DNA of 64,000 nt from the human T2T-CHM13v2.0 reference genome, Homo sapiens. This document shows positions 37,700 to 52,768 of this stretch, in pieces. The notes below the pieces were generated by a model, which saw only the letters and a list, made by a program, of their open reading frames with translations, was not told where the DNA came from and searched no databases. Both the position numbers and the translations under genes were made by a program. The stretch lies in the NCBI RefSeq assembly GCF_009914755.1, contig NC_060928.1; one strand, written 5' to 3'. The first letter of the stretch is position 1. Each line of letters opens with the position of its first letter.

Positions 37700-37849
37700 C
37701 TCTACAGTTTAATGAAATGAGCATATTTTCTTTCCCATTTTTCTTCCGTTTCCTAGAAATAGAGATTGCAAATGGATGCCATCCACATCAATACTCATCT
37801 AGAATCTAATTACATCTAGAATCTCTCAGCCATTCAGTGTTTCGTTTAT

Positions 37850-38622
<773 letters not shown>

Positions 38623-39001
38623 TTCAACAAACCTTTGATGAGTGCTCTTCATGCCCAGATACCAGGCTAATTCCTAAAGATTAGAATGTAAGTAATCCAT
38701 AGTCCCTGCAAGTTAATAGTTGTAGAAGCTGAGTCACATACTACCTCCATCCCCTAGCCTTCCTCACAGGTACTGCTGTCAAGCTACTGCCTGATATTTA
38801 CATCAATATTTCTTTCCACTATAGACATGACTTTGCTTCTATCCCTGTAAAGTTGTACCTGGTTGATCTCCCCTTCTATTCTAACCTAAAAATCTCATTC
38901 TGAATATCTACCTCTTCAGCTGTCATTATCCAATAAGCATACTGTTCATATTTTATATAAATTGTTCATTTTCTTTTTCAATATGTATTGAGTACTTTCT
39001 C

Positions 39002-39206
39002 TTTTTTTATTATACTTTAAGTTCTAGGGCACATGTGTACAACGTGCAGGTTTATTACATATGTATACATGTGCCATATTGGTGTGCTGCACCCATTAAC
39101 TCATCATTTACATTAGGTATATCTCCTAATGCTATCCCTCCCCCCTCCCCCCACCCCACAACAGGCCCCAGTGTGTGATGTTCCCCTTCCTGTGTTCAAG
39201 TGTTCT
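39002..39206 (-). mobile_element. L1PA 3' UTR terminal fragment
   Basis: TTATTATACTTTAAGTTCTAGGG...GGTGTGCTGCACCCATTAACTC...CCCTCCCCCCTCCCCCCACCCC. Confidence 0.92.
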
Positions 39207-41650
39207 ATAGTGAAGGCATTGATAAAAATACATACATTAAATGGAACATGAACAATCACATAGCCCTTTGTTATACTACTAGATTCTCCCCAAAGCTAAT
39301 ATTAATTCATCAACACATTCCGAATACAGCTGTTCCAGTGAACTAAAAGCTCTGTAAATGTGTTATATGCCAGCCCATATTTCTACAGCTAGTTCATAAA
39401 GAAAAACTATGAGGCTTTCACAGGGGCCATATTTGCTATATCTGATCTGTGAGAACCGTATCCTATCAAAAAAGGAAATAGATTTAGTTTAATGACTTAA
39501 TGCAAATATAAACAGGTCCCAATTGATTACTGTTTTCTATTTTAGGGTCTTACATGATATTTGTTTTATAACATTTTATATTTTATTATCTTTTTGAGCA
39601 TTAACACTTATTTTATTTTATTTGATCTTTGAAAGCACCCACACCTGTGTAACAAGAATCATTAGTTACAATTTAATTAATATACTCAGTTGAGTGTAAA
39701 TCATAGGACTTCATGATCCAGAGTTCAACCACAGTATTGTTTTGTCTCAAGTCATCCTCAATAGCAGCACTGATTACTGTACCGTAAGTATCCTGCTTAC
39801 AAAGAGTTCCAATTGGTCTACAAATTAATAGACCAAAAAGAAGTCATCTATGAGACCATTTCCTTCATATCTGAACCCAGCGTAAGGGTCTAAAGGCTAT
39901 AATCTCTCACACAAAAACTCTTCAGATGAGACAAACACCTGACTTTGGCTTTGGATGCATACGATTTTCTAAAATATGAACACATAGACTTGGTTTCTGG
40001 TAGCTAAATTTTGTTTATCCATTTTTATTTTTGCATCTGATAACCAGGACCATAAATACACTTGGAAATAATAAATTATAAATTATTTGGAATAAATAAA
40101 ATAAAAGTTATTTCTAAGTTCCGTATTATCAGAAACAGGCTAGTTTCGTTCCTCTGCTGAATCAACTCCTTCACGGCAGAGCTATGCTGTTTCTGGATCT
40201 GATACTTTACTTCAGGATTCCCTGGAAACCACCTGGGATGGGCACTCCTGAAGCTCCCTGTGGTCGGTTTTTCCTGTTCATAAAATGTACTTCTCATCTG
40301 GAAAACCAGAATGCTACTAAAGTCTGTTTTGGTGCAGGCCTGGATATAATGATATCGCATTATCCATTCCATCTCTAAAATATTTCTCAAATATTAACTA
40401 ATTAAATCAATTACATGGGTAACTTGCTTAAAGATAGTGACTATATTTTTTTAAGAATGACATGAGCCCACTGCAGACTATTAAGAATCCTGATGTCGCC
40501 TGATAAATGTTACCAATCTACAGCATTGCAAGTATTCGTATATTTTATGGCCTTCTGTTTCTAACCTATAGGGAAACTAAGTCACAGGGCTTTACAGCCC
40601 TGTAAAAGATCCGAGGTGTCATTCATTCCAACACTAAAATTAAAGGCTCTCCAGATTCTACTTATAAGTCTTATCCACCAGACCATAAATTCTACTTTTG
40701 AAAATCATTAAATCCTCCTTTATTTCAAATGAGAAAAGTTCCTTTTAGACCTGGGGGTCTTAGGTTCAAGTGCCAAAAATGAAAGCATTTGTCATAAAAC
40801 CACAAAAAGAACTTGATTAAAGAACCACTAATGAAGATCTGACATTTAATCTGCTCTTTTATTGGATAAGATCTTTAAATATTCTCTCTTTATGAATTCA
40901 TTTGGAATAGTACTCGATCATAGGAACGTGACTGTAAGCTGGTACTAAAAGAAGATAATTAAGCAATATGTTCTGCCAAGGACATCTCCACCCTATACCA
41001 TCCATCATCCCACGTGGAGAGTTAATAATTTCAGTCATGTTGCCGTGACATTGTAATGAGAATCTTTCATATCCTGCAGCGCCTTTGTCAGCTGGACCTG
41101 TTCTAAGGACAAATACTGGCATCTCTGTAACAAAACTTTCATATGCTTGCTCTGCCCCTTCTGAGGTCCCCCCGCCCCAACATTAGTAAAGGAAAATGCT
41201 AACAGGGCTTAGATGGCAGACAGGCTCCTAAGGACTCGCGCCTCACACTCCAATCGCCTTTGTGGACACGCTACCAATTTACACTGAGATAAACAACATT
41301 GTACAAAGTACCAAAGGCAAACTATATGCGCTATTTATTAATACAGAGAGAGAAGCAGATATGCCAAAGTGATATACTAAGAAATAGAGCAATATTTTAA
41401 TAGGAAATTTAAAAATAGTTTTGTGAAACTGACTTACTATTGAAGGTCTAACAGCACCTTTTTCTCTTTGCTTTTTTATTTGTCCTCAAGAAGTTTCCTG
41501 TTGGTTAAATATTTGTATAAAGCCAAAGACAGTTGCACAATTGAAATCCTCCCTACACTACATTCAAGCCTCATCTCAACAAAAACCCTGAAAGTGAAAA
41601 GAGGCTGTCAGAATAACAATGAGACTTGGTTTTCAGAATCCCAGTCAACT

Positions 41651-41652
<2 letters not shown>

Positions 41653-41701
<49 letters not shown>
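41653..41701. repeat. (TG)n microsatellite, ~24 units
   Basis: Direct reading. Confidence 0.97.
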
Positions 41702-41705
<4 letters not shown>

Positions 41706-41921
41706 CTTTCTTTTGCCCACATAAAGATAACAGGAAACCTGTACCAGAGAAGCACTTACTCCCACAGTCAAAAAGATAATAATTCCCACATTATTAGTAA
41801 TTTTTGTTTACTGACCAAACAACTGTAATAGGTGTTAGTCTGTGTTTGTGGCTTTCAAATAGCTCATTTGTGGAAAAATCTGAGCTTTTCGTAAACCTTT
41901 ATGAAGGTAGAAAAGACTTTA

Positions 41922-42218
41922 GGCTGGGCGCAGTGGCTCACACTGTCATCCCAGCACTTTGGGAGGCCGAGGCGGGTGGATCATGAGGCCCAAAGATTGA
42001 GACCACCCTGGCCAACATGATGAAACCTCGTCTCTACTAAAAATACAAAAATTAGCCTGGCGTGTTTGGCACATGCCTATAGTCCCAGCTACTTGGGAGG
42101 CTGAGACAGGAGAATCGCTTGAGCTCGGGTGGCGGAGGTTGCAGTGAGTCGAGATTGCATCACTGCACGCCAGCCTGGTGACAGAGCGAGACTCTGTCTC
42201 AAAGAAAAAAAGAAAAAA
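41922..42218 (+). mobile_element. AluS
   Basis: Full Alu with an A-rich tail. AAGACTTTA on both flanks. Confidence 0.95.
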
Positions 42219-42664
42219 GGGAAGACTTTAGACTACACCATGAGGTCCTGGAAACCCACAGATGTTAGATGTTTGCCCTCAGAAAGGCCCATAGGAAAGG
42301 CTTTCTATTGACCCCACAGGAATACAAGTAACTCTCTCAAGGTTTTCAACTTTATGTTAAGATCTTGAAGTCTCATAGGGCTGAAGACAAAATATTACAT
42401 CAGAAAAAGATTATGTGGGGAAAAGTGTTTAACCATATTGCATTTTCCAGTGAGAAAGTAAACCAAAGAAAAAGTAGACACACCAACAGCATTTTCTTGC
42501 TGAGCTTAGTTTTGTCCATATCATAATAGCTTTTGTCTTTTCAGGTTACAGTGGAGATTTAGGGAGATTTTATTTGCTCTAAATAAAGGTTTTGTGTCTC
42601 TATGAAGAGATGGGATTCAGTTGGGTCTCTACTCAGACCCCTCATCGCGCATATCACAGTGGCC

Positions 42665-43505
42665 TGGACACTGGAGGAAAGATTTCCTTTCTCAGCCATC
42701 ACTGGGTTCACAGCTGAAGCCCAAGTAACAAAAGACAGATTAACAAGTGGAAAGCGTACAGATTTACTAAAGTAAGTCTCATGTGACATGAGAGCCTTGG
42801 AAAATGAAGACCCAAAGAAACAGAGTGATCTGTGCATCTTGATGCTGGGTGTGACATCGTGGATAGCTGTAGAGAAGTATCATCAGACAAAGGAGGAAGG
42901 GCCTAATGGTAACAAACCAAGGCAACACTTTTTGAATGAGGCCTGTTTTCTCAGATTCTTCTCTGTCCTCATGTCCTCAGAACAAGGACATTCATTACTT
43001 CCAGATATGAGGTGGGCACCTCTCACATGAGGATCTTATGACCTAATTCTGGGGAAGGTCAGAAAATTATTTGCTAGTTTGTTGTTGTTGTTGTTGAGAG
43101 GGAGTCTCACTCCATCGCCCAGGTTGGAGTGCAGTGGCACGATCTCGGCTCACTACAACCTCTGTCTCCTGAGTTCAAGGGATTCTCCTGCCTCAGCCTC
43201 CCATGCCTGGGATTACAGGCACCCACCACCACGTCCGGCTAATTTTTGTATTTTTAGTAGAGACGGGGTTTCACCATGTTGGACAGGCTGGTCTCGAACT
43301 CCTGTCGTCAGGTGATCCATCTGCCTCAGCCTCCCAAAGTGCTGAGATTACAGGCATGAGCCACTGTGCCTTGCCTCTTTTCTAGTTTTTATCACCTGCT
43401 TCAGGGGAGAGGGATGGGGGAAGGTCAGAGGGTCCTTCCTGCTTCTGTGGTTTTCTCAAATGCCAAGGTGTCGTACGTTGTGGTGTCCAGCCCCGAATTT
43501 CATCA
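42665..43505 (-). mobile_element. MER34-like ERV1 LTR interrupted by an Alu
   Basis: AACAAAAGACAGATTAACAAG, GGAAGGTCAGA, AAATGCCAAGGTG. Homologous to 49577-50093. Confidence 0.75.
43078..43375 (-). mobile_element. AluSx-like with a (TTG)n tail
   Basis: Two-arm Alu. CTAGTTTT on both flanks. Confidence 0.93.
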
Positions 43506-43827
43506 GCTGCAACTGCTTTCACCTCTCCTGCTCCCATGAGACTCCATGTTCCCCAAAGGCCATTTCTTCTCATCTGTGACTCTCCATCCCAAACACAATG
43601 CTTAGCAGTGTGATCAATATGTGCTTCGTGCATATTAGTTACCTTGAAAATTTTCTCAAGGCCAGACTCCAAAAAAAATTATAAATACATGGAAACCAGT
43701 GGAATCAGGTAAAGGCAAAACTATTCAAAGAAACTCGACTCACCATTGAGAGAAAAAGAAAGTCAACCCCTCTCTGTGCTAAGTAAAAATTTTACTTTAT
43801 TTCAGCACTTTTCAAAACTACGAGTCA

Positions 43828-44364
<537 letters not shown>

Positions 44365-44566
44365 TTATGAAGGACATATTAGTGTTCTTATTTATTGGCC
44401 TGATCCTAACGCCTCTAAATTTTAAATGAAATTTTTTCCTATATTTAGCCTGGTATGTTGGTCCTTTTTGGATGGGTTTATAGTGGATATTCCAGTTTTC
44501 TTAGTTGTTACATAAACTCTTGATTTGTGTTCCAGAAATTTAGTCCCACCTTCCTTTTTTTCCTGT

Positions 44567-44647
44567 GAAAATACTTTTCAGGATGATGGCAGCTTCATTG
44601 TTCCAGGAAAATACTTTTCAGGATGATGGCAGCTTCATTGTTCCAGG
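44567..44647. repeat. Perfect 40-bp tandem duplication
   Basis: GAAAATACTTTTCAGGATGATGGCAGCTTCATTGTTCCAG at 44567 and 44607. Confidence 0.97.
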
Positions 44648-45729
44648 GGAAATGTAAATTTGAGTTCTGAAATTGTTTTTGAACACCGGGTTTCTTCTTT
44701 TTGTATTTTAACTGAGAAGTAGACAAAGATGTTTCACTTAAACACTTAGACATGATTTATTCTATAAGTTAACTCTTTACCATGGAATAAAGTCACCTTT
44801 AGAAAATGACAGAAAAAAATAGATGGGAAGGTGTTTATTCTCTGATATTTTTCCAGACCCCACAGGAGCAAGGAGGGCGGTAACCCATGCTTTTCTTCCC
44901 TAAAGCAACAGCCATTTCTCCCCCCCCCCCAAAAAAAAACTGCTGCTTTCTCCGAACACCTAAACGCCCTAAATTCTTTCTTTACTCCATTCTGCTCCTG
45001 CTCATTCCTCTAACGTGTATAAACTTCCCATATACCATAGCAGATGAGGATCCCTTTGGTTGTATCTTGTCAATACCAAACAGAATATGACAAGTGATAA
45101 ACCCTTACTGTTGTCTTATTCTTAAAGTTTCAAATGTTTCCCATTATTTCTCCATCGTGGCCTCATATATGTCGTTGCCATTCTCGTTCCTGTGGAACTG
45201 GAAAGATTTACTGTTTCTGTTCTGAATTTCAACCCTCAATGTAAGCAGTGGGAAACAAAGCACCCTGTCCATGAGGAAAAATAATAAAGAAAACATTTAA
45301 CCTAGAAAACAATAAATGTTTGTTTCAAAATGTTTTGTATTCAGTCAAAGGGTGACTGAATACAAAATAAAACAAATCAAGGAGAATTTTCATCTAAATT
45401 TAACAAAGTGGGAGACATCAAGAGTAACTAAGTGTCAGTGAGCTTGAGAAACAGATCTCAAAGTAAATCTCTGAAAACCCATTCAAGATCCTGATGAGTA
45501 AGAACCGCAATCAAGCAAGGAAGCACAGGTAAGCAAACAAAACATCTAAAAGAAGGCTTTTACATTAAAAAAAAATCAGAAAATAGTACCTGACGAACTT
45601 CTAATAAAATTTAAAACCCTCATGAAAAATGGGAGGAGGAAATGCCACGTTAACTGCCCCTGCTCTATTGTACTCAAAACTCCTGCAGGTGCACAGATGC
45701 AGGGAAGAGAGAGTGTTGTGGTAAGCACG

Positions 45730-46148
45730 CCTGCTATGTTAGAGGAACTCTACAAATGAATCACAGGAAACAGAATGGTTACATTGCCAATGAGTAGAAT
45801 CTGCTGTCAGAGAAACTCTATAATGAATCACATGAAACAGAATAGTTCCCTTGTCACCGAGTAGAACCTGCTATGTTAGAGGAACTCTATAAATGAATCA
45901 CATGAAACAGAATGATTCCGTTGTCACCGAGTAGAACCTGCTATGTTAGAGGAACTCTATAACGAATCACATGAAACAGAATGGTTCCGTTGTCACCGAG
46001 TACAACCTGCTATGTTACAGGAACTCTATAAATGAATCACATGAAACGGAATGGTTCTGTTGTCACCAAGTAGAACCTGCTATGTTAGAGAAACTCTATA
46101 AATGAATCACATGAAACAGAATGATTCCGTTGTCACCGAGTAGAACCC
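45730..46148. repeat. Minisatellite, ~70-bp unit x 6
   Basis: CTGCTATGTTAGAGGAACTCTATAAATGAATCACATGAAACAGAATGGTTCCGTTGTCACCGAGTAGAAC starting at 45731, 45801, 45868, 45938, 46007 and 46077. Confidence 0.96.
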
Positions 46149-46222
46149 ATTGGCCAATAACTTTGACAAATATTATTTTCTGGATATTAAACACAAACAT
46201 AAATATTAAAAATGTTTATGTT

Positions 46223-46520
<298 letters not shown>

Positions 46521-47270
46521 TTATGTTGAAGACAATGTTTCCATCCACAGATCTAAGAGATTTGCCCTCAAATTGCAAACTGTTTTGTAAAGTGAACAAA
46601 AATGCCCCACGACTCTCCCTACATTTTTTAATATTATTCCTGTGATCATTGTCTCTCTTTTCAATAAGTTTCTCATTCAAACAAACTGGAAAATTCAGGT
46701 GATTATCTGAATCAAAACACATATATTTTACCTAAATTATCAGAACAAGGCTCTTAAACATTTTGCTTTGCTGTGGTTATGCAGACTTGCTCTCTGTGCA
46801 CTAAAGCCTCCCAAATCATTTACATTATTTTGATCCCTGGTCATATAAATTATTAGTTCTGCTTTAGAGATCAGGAAATTGATGCATTTCATTTTTGCAT
46901 TTAACTCATATTAAGGTGGTCCCTTTACTAAAAGTGGAAGACATAAAGATTAATGTGATTCAGTCTCTGCCCAAAAGGAACTCACACAGATAAGCATATA
47001 GATTTTAGTATAAAAACATATAAACCATGGAATGTTCTATAATAAATCTATAACAAAGATTTAAGTACACGCAGAAGCCTGGAGATGCCAGTCGGTGCCA
47101 CAGTCGGATGAAAGGATATATGTGCCAGCCCTTTCTAAATGTTACCAGTGTTGTGCTTGAGTTAAGAGAATTGGTGGCCAAACTAGAAACCAACTCATTT
47201 TCAGTAGCTACACAGACTACCATGAAGAAATGACTCGGGACAAATGACTATAAACCTTGGGTCAAATAGC

Positions 47271-47745
47271 AACAAAGATTCTCTTCTTGACCAAACTCTA
47301 GTCAGTCTCCTCTGAGCTACTTTTTCAACAAGGTCTCATCCTTGGGCCTTGTCCTCAAGAGCCAAGAGCCAGAAACCTGCTAAGTCAGTTTAGCCAGAAC
47401 TTCCCGCCCTCAACAAGTGTTCTGATCAATTTCCTCACTCCTCCCAGAACCTCCTGCACTCAACGTGTGTTCTGAGCAATGTCCTCACTCCCCCACCATC
47501 CCCAGGTGATATCTCAGCACTCTAGTGCCTGCAGGATTCTGAATAAGTTCAGACAGAATCCCCTGTACTCCTGAGGTTTTTTCTTCATAATTTGGCACCT
47601 ACTGACTCCCACCCTTGGCTGTAAATCCTCACTTGTCCCTGATATATTTAGAGCTGAGTCCAATTTCTCTCCCTACTGTAAAACCCCATGGCAGTGGTCT
47701 CTTTACCTATCAAGATAATCCCGCTGAATGAATTCGGCCGTATTG
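47271..47745 (+). mobile_element. MER31-like ERV1 LTR
   Basis: ACAAAGATTCTCTTCTTGACCAAACTCTAGTCAG...GTCAGTTTAGCCAGAAC...CTTGGCTGTAAATCC. Confidence 0.75.
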
Positions 47746-47747
47746 TT

Positions 47748-48520
47748 TCTTGGCATTTCTGGAGTGATAGGAGTATCTTTTGTTACTCATAATAAGCCCT
47801 TTTCAACAATACTGAGTCTATGTTAAGGAGGTGACTCTTGCTGGGACCCTAGATGGATTCAGGATAGGGGCTGGTTGCCAGAGGAACCAACCAAGCGGTT
47901 AGAAGGTTGGAACTTTCAGCTGGACTTCCCCCTACCTCTGAAAAGGGAAGAGGGGCTGGAGATTGAGTTTAATCACCAATGGTCAATAATTTGATCAATT
48001 ATGCTATGTAATGAAACCTCCCTTAAAACCCATAAACAATGGGATTTGGAGAAGCTCCAGGCTGAGGAGCCCATCAAGATGCTAGAAGGGCGGCACATCC
48101 AGGGAGCGTGTGGGAGCCCCATGCACACACATTCCCCTGATCCCTTACCCTGTGCATCTGTCTCATGTGGCTATTCCTGAGCTACATTTTTCATAGTAAA
48201 CCAATCATAGTAAGTAATGCTTTCTCTGAGTTATGTGAGTCATTCTAGTGAGTTTTGAAACCTGCACAAGGAGATGTCAAGGGAACCTCCAGATTTAGGA
48301 GATGTCAAGGGAGCCTCCAGATTTGTAGTCAGCCAGGCAAAAATGTGGGTAGCCTGGGCGACCCATTTGTGGCTGGCATCTGAAATGGAGACAGTCTTGT
48401 GGAACCAAGTGTCAGAATGGAATCGAATCGTTGAACACTCAGTTGATGTTGGAGAATTGGAGAATCCATGCTGAAAAAGATACCACATCTTTGGTGTCGG
48501 GGGGAATGAAAACCTCTCAG
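47748..48520 (+). mobile_element. MER21C-like LTR
   Basis: GGGGCTGGTTGCCAGAGGAACCAACC, GGGGCTGGAGATTGAGTT, GTAATGAAACCTCC, CACATCTTTGGTGTC. Confidence 0.8.
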
Positions 48521-48999
48521 CCACATGAACTTCAACAATTTTCCTGCCATTCCAGAGTCAGTTCTGCTTTTAGATATGAGAAATACTAATAACACCTAAA
48601 GGCCTCATGCTGAACTGAGTAGCCATTCCCCCTCTGAGATTTAGCATGAACCACATTATATTGCAATTGTATTTATTGGTCCACCTCCCTCACAGGAACA
48701 TGAATTCCCAGAAGGCAGGAATCACATGTTATTTGTATTTGTCATATGATAGGCAATCAATCAATATTGGTTTAATAAAAGGAAGAAAAAATTTCTAATA
48801 GAAGCTGTAATTAATTCCTTTGCTCTAAGCAGAAGCAAATAATGATTTCCGTAACACTAACCTGTCCTCCAAACTATAATGAAAATTGAGCTAGAGGATT
48901 TGGATTGGCCATAATAATAATTCTCTGCAGCTGGACAGAACCCACAAGGTTATATATAATATTTGAAACAATGCATAGAATACTAATTAAATTTATAAT

Positions 49000-50132
49000 A
49001 CGTGGAAAATACCAAATGCTGATGAGGATGAGGAGTAACTGGAATTCTCATAAATTGCTTGTAGGAATGCAAGATGGTATAACCACTTTGGAAACAGTTT
49101 GTCAGTTTCTTATACAGTTTAACGTATATTTCCCATAAGACTTAGCAATCACACTCCTGGATAGTTGCCCAAGAGAAATGAAAACATATGTACCCATAAA
49201 TACTTGCATGCAAATATTACAGTGGGTTTATTCACAGTAGCCAAAAACTGGAGGAAAAGAAAAAAAAATCAAAATTTCCATCAACTGGTGAATAAATTCT
49301 GGTACATTTATACACCTGAACTCTACGAAGCAATGAAAAGGAAACAACTACTGATACGATCAAGAACGAATGAATATCAAAAATATTAGTCTACATGAAA
49401 GAAACGAGGCACAGACTGTCTGTTTCCATTTAGATGCCATTCTAGAGAAGGCAACACTAGGAACAGAAAGCAGACGAGTGGCTGCAGGGCTGGGTCTCAG
49501 GAAAGACGACCGCCTGCCATGAGGCAGGGAGAATTGGGGGTGACGGACACATTCTGCATCATGACTGCGGCGATCGTGAAGTACGATAAGGATTTGTTTT
49601 CCTCTTTCATTGTTAGGTTCATAACTGAGAGTCGAAAACAAAAGATTAACAAGAGAAAGGCATACACATTTATTTAACACAAGTTATACATAACGTGAAG
49701 ACTTCACAAGTGAAGGCCTAACAAAACAGAAAAACCTGTGTATTTTTATGCTAAATTTGGTGAAGAAGTGTATAGTAGAGAAATATGATTGGAGGCCAAA
49801 AGCCTTGATATAATAGTAATAAATTGGGGGAACTTGAGCAAGGCCTGTTTCTTCAGATTCTACTTGACAGCTCTGTGTCTTGAAGGATAGAGATGTTCCT
49901 TTCCTAGGACATAGGGAGGGCAGCCCTGAAGTGAAGGTTTTATTATCTACTTTAGAGGAAGGTCAGAGAGTTATTTTATGACCTGTTTCATGGGAGACGA
50001 GCAAGGGGAAGGTGAGAGTGACCTTTCTGCATCTGCCATTTCCCCAAGTGCCAAGGTAACGTATTTTGGGGTAGTATATCAAGAACCCCGTCACCATATG
50101 TAAATTATACCTTAATAAACCCTGACTTTAAA
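49000..50132 (+). mobile_element. Old L1 (L1MC/ME) 3' end interrupted by a MER34-like LTR
   Basis: ACCACTTTGGAAACAGTTTG, CCCAAGAGAAATGAAAACATATG, TTATTCACAGTAGCCAAAAACTGG. Resumes with TATGTAAATTATACCTTAATAAA after the LTR. Confidence 0.85.
49577..50093 (-). mobile_element. MER34-like ERV1 LTR
   Basis: AGATTAACAAGAGAAAGGCATAC...GCCAAGGTAACGTATTTTGGGGTAG...GAACCCCGTCA. Confidence 0.8.
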
Positions 50133-50162
50133 ATGTTACAATTCATTGTTTAGTCCTGTTGT

Positions 50163-50789
50163 TGATATAGGAGTTAAAAAGAAATTACTTGAGCAGATAG
50201 TGAGGGTACAAAAGTGCTCGGTAAAGGTTTTCTTTTTTAGTGAAAAGGAGGCCCAAAGTCACTTTCTAAGAAAGAGCAGCCTGTAAGATGGAGCTGCAGA
50301 CATAGACAAGCCAGCTGCAAGCTTGCACGGGTGAAGGTCAGCAGGAAAAACCTACCGGGACTAGGCATGTTCAAAATAGCGGCTCCATCTCCCTTTCCCT
50401 TTGCCAACCACGTGTACAGGAAGGAGCAGACAAGATGGCACCGGTCAAGTGGAAAGCCCAATTGCATAATAACGTTAGGGTGGGGCGGCCAGCCTTCTCC
50501 TCATGCTATGTAAACCTCACACCTGATATAACCAATCTGTGGGTCCTACATAAATCGGACACCACCTCCTCAAGCCTATCTATAAAACTTGGCGCACTCT
50601 GCCATTGGCCAGTCTTTCTCTTTCAGAAGCCCTTCTCTCTCTCACAGGAGAGAGAGCTATTCTCCTTTCTCTTTTTTCTGCCTGTTAAACCTCTACTCCT
50701 AAACTCCTCCATGAGTGTCTGTGTCCTAAATTTTCTTGGCATGAGACAATGAACCCCAGGTATTTACACCAGACAATGTCACCGCTTCA
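50163..50789 (+). mobile_element. Solo LTR9-like LTR (copy 2)
   Basis: TGATATAGGAGTTAAAAAG...ACCGCTTCA. TSD TTGT/TTAT. Confidence 0.8.
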
Positions 50790-51486
50790 TTATTAAGTTG
50801 GAAAAATGTAAAACTTAAACATTGTCCCAAATATTCTTTTTTTGCCTTTGTTATGTTTCCAGGACATGGAAGTAGAAATTCTCTTCCCAATAGTAGGAAT
50901 TTCCAATATTTTTTTGTTAACAAGAAATTTGAAATTAAAATATTGTTTACTTTTTTATGTTCTTGTCTTATTAAGAAGTCTATGGTAGAGGGTGGAAGCA
51001 ATTAAAGGGAGTCCCCTTCACACTTTTGTTGTTTATTTACTCTAGCAAATAAAACCAAAACATTCTATCTTCAGATATGACATAATAATCAACTATGAAC
51101 CTTGGTGTGTGGGTTATTCAAGCCAGCTTCCTTTCTCCTGAAGCAGGAATAGCTGAAGGATCTCCCCAGCCCACCTTAGATGATAAGTGGTCTTGCCCTG
51201 AGGCTCTGGCATTTATATAGCACCTCCAAAAAGCACAGTAAACCTTTAGGAGTTACAATTCATTTGATACAAATTCTGTAGGGCGTCTCCTCCAAAATCA
51301 TAAAGAGCTATTTCATTAGTTTAGACACTATGACAATTTCTCAACCAATATTGCCGATGGAGACAAGAGGGAAACCTGTGTTAGAAACTAAACCAGTCCC
51401 AACTGTTATTTTGACTAAATAAGGGTATCAACTTTTAAATACTATTAACTCTTAGGGCGTGTAAACCAGAGTTGAATGTATTCTAA

Positions 51487-51660
51487 AGAAGAAAGAGAAA
51501 AAAGAAGGAAGGGAGGAAGGAAGGAATCAAGGAAGAAGGAAGGAAAGAAGGGAAAGAGAAAGAAAGAGAAAAAAGACAAAAAGAAAAGAAAGGAGAAAGA
51601 GAAAGATGAAAAGAAAGAGAGAAAAAGAAAGGGAGAAAGGGAGTGAGGGAGGGAGGGGAA
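51487..51660. repeat. GA-rich polypurine tract
   Basis: About 170 bp, nearly pure A/G. Confidence 0.9.
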
Positions 51661-52674
51661 AATCCGGTAAAAAGGAAATGGTTTGCTCGAGTGGAAAAAT
51701 ATGGCCGCAGATTGTAAAGAATGACCTGAGAGAATTAGTGCTTCTTTGAAATCTGAACACGGCCTCGCCATATTTCAGAATTAATAGGGAAAAGAGAAAC
51801 ACAGATTCCTGAAACCCCATAATAATTATGTGTATTACCATCATTTATGTCCCTGTCCCTGGCAGATTTTATAAGAGTTGTTAACAAGTTAAAAGAAGGT
51901 GATAGCTTTTCACCTGATTCTCTGCTTTGCCTACACAAAATAGATCATGTATTTTCCTCAAAGCCAAAGTTCCTTCTTGACTGTGCTATTTCTGTCAACT
52001 ACATGCTTATAAAACATGGAGTCATCTGACTCTTCCCATCTGAATCCCAGCATGCAGTCAGCTCCCAGCCCTCCTCTAGGGATGCCTCACACAGCCACCC
52101 CAACACCCTCCTTGCGGTTCACCCAGGATAATGCCACCCACTCTCATTTGGCTTCCCTGTCTCAAGTTTTTGTCTCAGTCCATCTAACTTCTATTTCTAA
52201 TGTAATTCTTTATTACAAAAATAATTTGTGCAGATCAGTCTCCTCCAGAAAAACCTCCAATGGCTCTTTACTCCTGCCAAAGGTTAAAACCTATTTAACA
52301 GGTCAAAAATTACAACACTTCAAAACGCAACTCACTATCGCCACAATTTTGCTGCTGTTCACCTAAATTAACCCTCTAGTTCAAACTAGCTTATTCTCTC
52401 GAGAACGTGCTGTGTTCGTTACCTGACACGAACCTTTGGAAAGTGATTTTTGGTGGGAAAGATATGCTCAGAAAAAAGTTGGCTGAACTTATTAAGGATG
52501 TCCTCCCTGAAGATTTTCAGTATGTGGGGACTTCCCATTCCTCAGTGCAAGGCTGCAGGTGCTCGTGCCAGGCTAAGCCTGTCCAGCCCCACGCTCAAAG
52601 CACTCTCTCTCCTCAACCGCGGCATTCGTCTGCACCATTCTTTTAGAAATTAACATCTGTAATGGCCCACATTT

Positions 52675-52677
<3 letters not shown>

Positions 52678-52712
<35 letters not shown>
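52678..52712. repeat. (TG)n microsatellite
   Basis: Direct reading. Confidence 0.95.
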
Positions 52713-52714
<2 letters not shown>

Positions 52715-52768
52715 ACATCAATATATGTAGAAATATGTAGGTTATTAAATATATATTTACATTATGTG

